Shown piece after piece: positions 34,565 through 38,863 of a DNA stretch of 38,863 bases. A program made the translations under genes and the position numbers. The stretch spans positions 1 through 38,863 of the forward strand of contig NW_021835654.1 of assembly GCF_006345805.1 (NCBI RefSeq), read 5' to 3'. The notes below the pieces were generated by a model that saw only the letters and a program-made list of their open reading frames with translations, was not told where the DNA came from and did not search any database. The DNA comes from Octopus sinensis (Eukaryota). How positions within the stretch are numbered: position 1 is the first letter of the stretch; each line of letters opens with the position of its first letter.

Positions 34565-37519
34565 CAGGGTTGTTAAAAATCATGATTTTTTCAAAAAAAT
34601 CAAAAAATCTGATTTTTTTGATTTAATCACGATTTTTTTTGATTTAAATCAGATTTTTTTGAATTAAATGATCTTTATTTCAAAACGACCCTTTCCCCCT
34701 GGCTTATCAGAGAACCTCTCTCTTTGTACATAAACACTGAAAAACGGCCACGCAGAGATCTATCGTAGTTCCTTATGTCCACCGGATCACTTAACTAGTT
34801 TGCATTACGCTTTCTTTCTTTGTGGTCTTCGGGTTAATAAATAAAAAAAATATTTCAAGCGAACTAAAATAAAAAACAAAAACAATGGAAATCGTTTTTA
34901 TTTATTTAAAAGCTTGTAAATGGAAACAAGTTTGGCTGCTTTTTCGATCCCCAGCCTATTGCGTACATTTGAATGTAGAAATCCGAATGTTGAAAAGATT
35001 CTTTCTATTCCACCTGTCGAAGCAACTGCTCCAAGAATTTTTTGCATAGTGAAATTACTTGTGAAGGTAACTGGTATGAATTCGACTCCCACCAAGCTAT
35101 AGGTGATACTTTACTCAATAAAATTCGGAGCAAACATGTATTGTTTAAATGGATCAGCTTTTGCTCTGAAATTAATCAGAGTCGGAAGTGCATATTCATA
35201 ATTTTGAGCACAATAACTTAATGCAATGTCAATCTCAACATTTGAAAGAGATTTCCCACTACATGTCGGGTCGATCAAATTCGCAAGTAAGTGGAAAGGT
35301 GTTAATGCTTGTTTTGCTCGAATTCTCACTTTTCCTAAAATATTCGTACATCCATTGTCAATATTGTCTGTTCAAGTTCTTTCCAAATTTCTACAGCATG
35401 ACTAATCGTGGTAGAATCATTCTGAATTTTATCTAAAGCGACAGCAATTGGTTTAATAAGCATCAGATATTCTTCAACGCGTCGTTTTAGGGAAATATTT
35501 TGGACCTTGGAAAAAATCTCTGTATCAATATCCGTTCTGTGTTCCTCACAAGTTTCAAATAATAGACCAATTACCAGATAAGATTGAAAACAGTCTGATA
35601 AAGTGTTCCACCGTACATCAATCGGAAGAACGAGTTTTTTTCCTCCATTAGATTTGTACCATGCAGCTGAAGATGGACGTTTCGGAAATATTTATTGATT
35701 GTTACAATAGTTCCTTTAACGTCCGCTACCTCGACATCCTTCACAAGAAGGTTGAGATAATGTGCCGAGCAACCATAAGTAATTATTTCATTGCCATCTT
35801 CCATCATTATCCGTCTCATTTAGTCATGTTGGCAGCATTATCCGTTACAAGACTGCCGATTTACATCCAAACCGTTGTTCAGCCAATTGTGCGGAGGCTA
35901 AAGCAACAGATTGAAGATATTCCGCAGTGTGGCTATATCCAGAAGTGTCCACAGTGTCAATGAGATAATTTTCCCCATCTGATGTCACAACCGAGACACA
36001 AATAACGGGTTCATTATGAATGTTGCTCCACCCGTCCAACATCATAGACACTGTTTTGTCTGGAGTCTTTGTCGACAGTCTTCATGTATTTGGTCGTACA
36101 CATGATCAAGTAATGTACCACCATTTGATGACGAGAGGGTAAACGATACCCAGGAAGAAGCATTTGGACGAATTGACAAATTCGGTGTTTCTACAGCAGC
36201 AAACGGAGTGTTTGTAGAAAATATGTATCTAGCGAGTTGCAGATCCATCAAATCTTTCTTAGATGAAGTCGTCGTAGTTACGAAATTGATTAATGAATGG
36301 TCCTTCATCCTTGGAGGAAATTCGCTTTCAGGTCTCGGCATATTTTCAGGGATATCAATATTACTCGACGACATAATAAATGATGCTGCCTCATCCGAGA
36401 TACAAGACCTTGTATGTCCTTCCCACAATTACGACATCTGGCACGGCTTCCGGTCTTTCCAGGAATAATACGTTTATCAAAATAAGCCCACAAAGAATCA
36501 CGCTTTCTTCCAGACATTTAAAAAATTTAAATGATTTTTTTTTGATTTTTTTTAATGATTTAAATCAGTGGTTCTCAAACTGGGGTACGCGTACCCTAGG
36601 GGTACGCGAAATTCTGTAGGGGGTACGCGAAAATTTTGAAAATCTATTTAATTTTCGTTTCAACATAAAAAAGTTATTAATTCTAATTATAATAAAAATC
36701 ATAATTAAATTAAATAATTAATAATAAAATAAATCTCCACGCTACTAGTTTTTCTATGAGTTACCTGTTAACAAGATTCGAAAATACAACGATAGTTATC
36801 TCAACTATGGATTTTATTTTGTGATTAAAAACGGTGTGCCACATCCGCAGTGTATTATTTGCCAAAAGATTCTTTGCCCTGAATCCATGAAACCTTCATT
36901 ACTTTCTCGGCATCAAGTTCTAATCATTTCGAAACTATCGGAAAACCAAATGTCTTTTTTAAGAACAAAAAAGATAATATTCGGAAAATAGACGATTCTT
37001 TCAATTTTGACATTAATTTTTTACTATCAAAACTCTCTTACATGATTTCATATCGGATCGCAAAAGCCAAAAAACCACATACAATTGCCGAGAATCTTAT
37101 TATACCGTGCATTAAGGACATGTTTGAATGTTTCCCTGGCAATAAATTGGAGCATATTGTTCGAAAAATTCCATGTTCAATGATACCGTCAATAGAAGAA
37201 TACGAGATCTATCCGAAAACATAAAAGAACAAGTTATTTTCTGGTTAATTATTATTAGGTCATTACTGAAATAAAAAGTGCTGCCTTTAAAAAATTTTCA
37301 ATTCAATTGGATGAATCAACAGATGTAGCAAATTGCTCTCAGTTACTCTCATTAATTAAATATTTTTTTTCCTTAATTTTTTAAAAATCGATAAGGGGTA
37401 CGCGAAAAATTATTTAGATGGCAAGGGGTACGCAAGGAAAAAAAGTTTGAGAACCACTGATTTAAATCATTGATTTTTATTGTTGATTAAAATCAAATGA
37501 TTTAAATCTAACAACCCTG
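34565..37519 (-). mobile_element. hAT element with BED finger and DUF659-type transposase, frameshifted
   Basis: TIR CAGGGTTGTTA. TSD GCTTTAAA / GCTTTAAT. Motifs WAYF..ARCRNC (BED), MMLDGWSNIHNEP, YGCSAHYLNLL, ASTGGIERIFSTFGFLHSNVRNRL. Confidence 0.9.
36566..37459 (+). mobile_element. hAT Charlie/Buster deleted element, 894 bp
   Basis: Perfect 16-bp TIR CAGTGGTTCTCAAACT. Perfect TSD ATTTAAAT. Subterminal GGGGTACGCG repeats. Relics PHPQCIICQ, SYRIAKAKKPHTIAE, FSIQLDESTDV. Confidence 0.93.
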
Positions 37520-38177
37520 GCTTTAATTCAGCTTCCTGGATACAAAAGAATCGCAACTCTCGACCATTTTTAGCAATGTAGGATGCGGAATTCTTGGAAG
37601 TGAAACTTTCGGCATATCGCTTGATTTTTGCCCTTTCCCTCCAGTCGATGCATTCATCTAGTAGTCCGGATTCACTGAAATTCTTAATTTTTGAATTGTT
37701 TCAAGTGTTAATTCCACTAGAACCATTTTTATAATTAATATTTAAATTAAAATTATATAATAAGTTTTATTTTTTATTATTAATAATTTTTTCCAATGAA
37801 AAGTTTTCTAAAAAAAATATTTTTTTGGCATTTTAAGCATTGACCTCGCAGCCCTGGACGGCTCGCAGCCCTGGACTGTGACATAGTATTAAACGTATTT
37901 GGTGTAAGATCGTCATAATTAATTATTTTGTCATCAATGAGATTTTTGACTTTTTGAAAATAAAATAATTCATTTTTTTCTATGTGAATCTTCAGTAGGC
38001 GGCATGTATCCATAAAATCGTTAATTTTTTTATACATTCGACAAATTGTTTGGTCTTTACCTGCAAAGATATATTCGATGACCTAATTGTGCCCACGACC
38101 GCACATTCATCGACTCACGGCCGCACTTGCGCACCCCTGTTCTAAAACCTTCGGATATCTGTATCCATCCAATTTAA

Positions 38178-38863
38178 TTTATAAAATGAATAATGGAAAA
38201 GTTGTCCGATAAAATATCTTTTAATTCATCACGACAAACTACTTCAAAAATAAGATTTATATACTCGAAATGCAATTCTTATAGATCCAAAAATCTTATT
38301 TTTAATCATAAAAGGCGTGTCGATGTAAAAATTGACTGCTTGTCTTTAATCATTTGCCCAAGCTTAAATCACCAACCTCCTAAGATTAATACAACAAATT
38401 CTAATTTTAACCCAAATTCCAATTTACTATGTTTAATAAGTTGAATGATAACATGTGCCATCTAAAATTAAATGAAATAGAAAATTTTAAATTGAATTAA
38501 TAAATTCTCACGAGTCAAAATCTTATTTGAATCTGCACCATTAATTGAATTTTGGTGCAAAATGATATCAAAATATCACAACATTGGATTTTATATAATC
38601 GATTTTTGCTTTTGTTTCCGACTACATATCTCTGCGAACAAGGATTTTCATCGTTGTTTAGTTTAAAATCAGTTCATCGTGCGAGGCTGAATGTTGTTCA
38701 TGATATTCGAGCGTGTCTTTCGTCAAGGGATCCAGAAATCGATAGGTTAATTCCCTGACGACAATAATGATGTTGTCCTATCTTATACGGATGACATTGT
38801 ATTGGCCTCACGGGATCGGGAGATCTAGAAGACCTCTGAAAGCCTTCCTCTTTGGCCAATCGA
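38178..38863 (+). repeat. Duplicate of 10189 to about 10800 (Buster C-terminal relic + RT YxDD fragment)
   Basis: About 97% identical in the shared parts, with reciprocal internal deletions of about 235 bp and about 140 bp. Confidence 0.93.

Larger units (their letters stand above)
32432..37726 (-). pseudogene. H2C2 + DD35E integrase with four micro-introns, interrupted by two hAT insertions
   Basis: ATG at 37726. Introns 34518-34542, 34371-34397, 34221-34248 and 33952-33978. Spliced motifs: YIE|AQHNLNHFGRDK..SKCVYCQ|SKRMLATK..YIVDLVD..|ILVLID..ILHTDNGKEF..GQVER|FNQSIKRW..DYNNSTH. Several frameshifts and a stop. Confidence 0.85.
31871..37883 (-). mobile_element. Ginger-like integrase DNA transposon (about 2.0 kb of own sequence) with nested hATs
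   Basis: TIR TGTCACAGTCCAGGGCTGCGAG (22 bp perfect, about 41 bp overall). TSD TAGTA at 31866-31870 and 37884-37888. Contains the integrase pseudogene. Confidence 0.88.
31139..38139 (-). mobile_element. hAT SPIN/GTF2IRD2-like deleted element (about 1 kb of own sequence) hosting a 6-kb nest
   Basis: TIRs CAGGGATGCGCAAG / CAGGGGTGCGCAAG. Perfect TSD TTCTAAAA at 31131-31138 and 38140-38147. The transposase C-terminus rejoins in frame (TPNTFNT|IFDYILKQFKERF) after the nest is removed; it includes LFGSTY*CESTFSKM. Confidence 0.9.

Noticed and set aside
31871-37883. Gypsy LTR retrotransposon
   Set aside because: The ends are inverted rather than direct repeats, no gag, protease, RT or RNase H was seen, and the integrase has introns.
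1-38863. CRISPR arrays, rRNA/tRNA genes, prokaryotic operons
   Set aside because: No regularly spaced repeats, conserved RNA-gene motifs or operon-like gene density were seen; short or diverged ncRNAs cannot be excluded without covariance-model searches.

Overview
AT-rich eukaryotic nuclear DNA in the standard genetic code, from an organism with very small spliceosomal introns (22-28 nt). The taxon cannot be fixed from the sequence; a compact-intron parasite lineage is plausible. Only one convincing host gene is present: an ERCC6L/PICH-like SNF2 ATPase (20885 to about 23276, +) with 9 required and up to 3 further micro-introns. The 3' end of a second copy lies at 1-215. Most of the rest is decayed, nested transposons: about 8 hAT elements (Buster/Charlie/SPIN-like, Tip100-like, DUF659-type), Tc1, pogo/Tigger, Merlin, CRE-like and R4-like RLE retrotransposons, APE-LINE fragments and MITEs. 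Many are defined by exact TIRs and TSDs, and removing them often rejoins the interrupted reading frame. The window also holds a decayed tandem segmental duplication (1 to about 10800 versus 23062-38863) with reciprocal deletions. The most notable signal is a family of TGTCAC...GTGACA elements with about 40-bp TIRs and 5-bp TA-N-TA target duplications. One member carries a DD35E retroviral-type integrase split by four host-style micro-introns (Ginger-like DNA transposon). Another is a 1.3-kb non-autonomous member carrying a telomere-like TTAGGG/TGAAGG array, with its empty site visible in the duplicate. All alignments and identities were estimated by eye. Family assignments rest on motif recognition, not database searches. 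No rRNA, tRNA or CRISPR was recognised.
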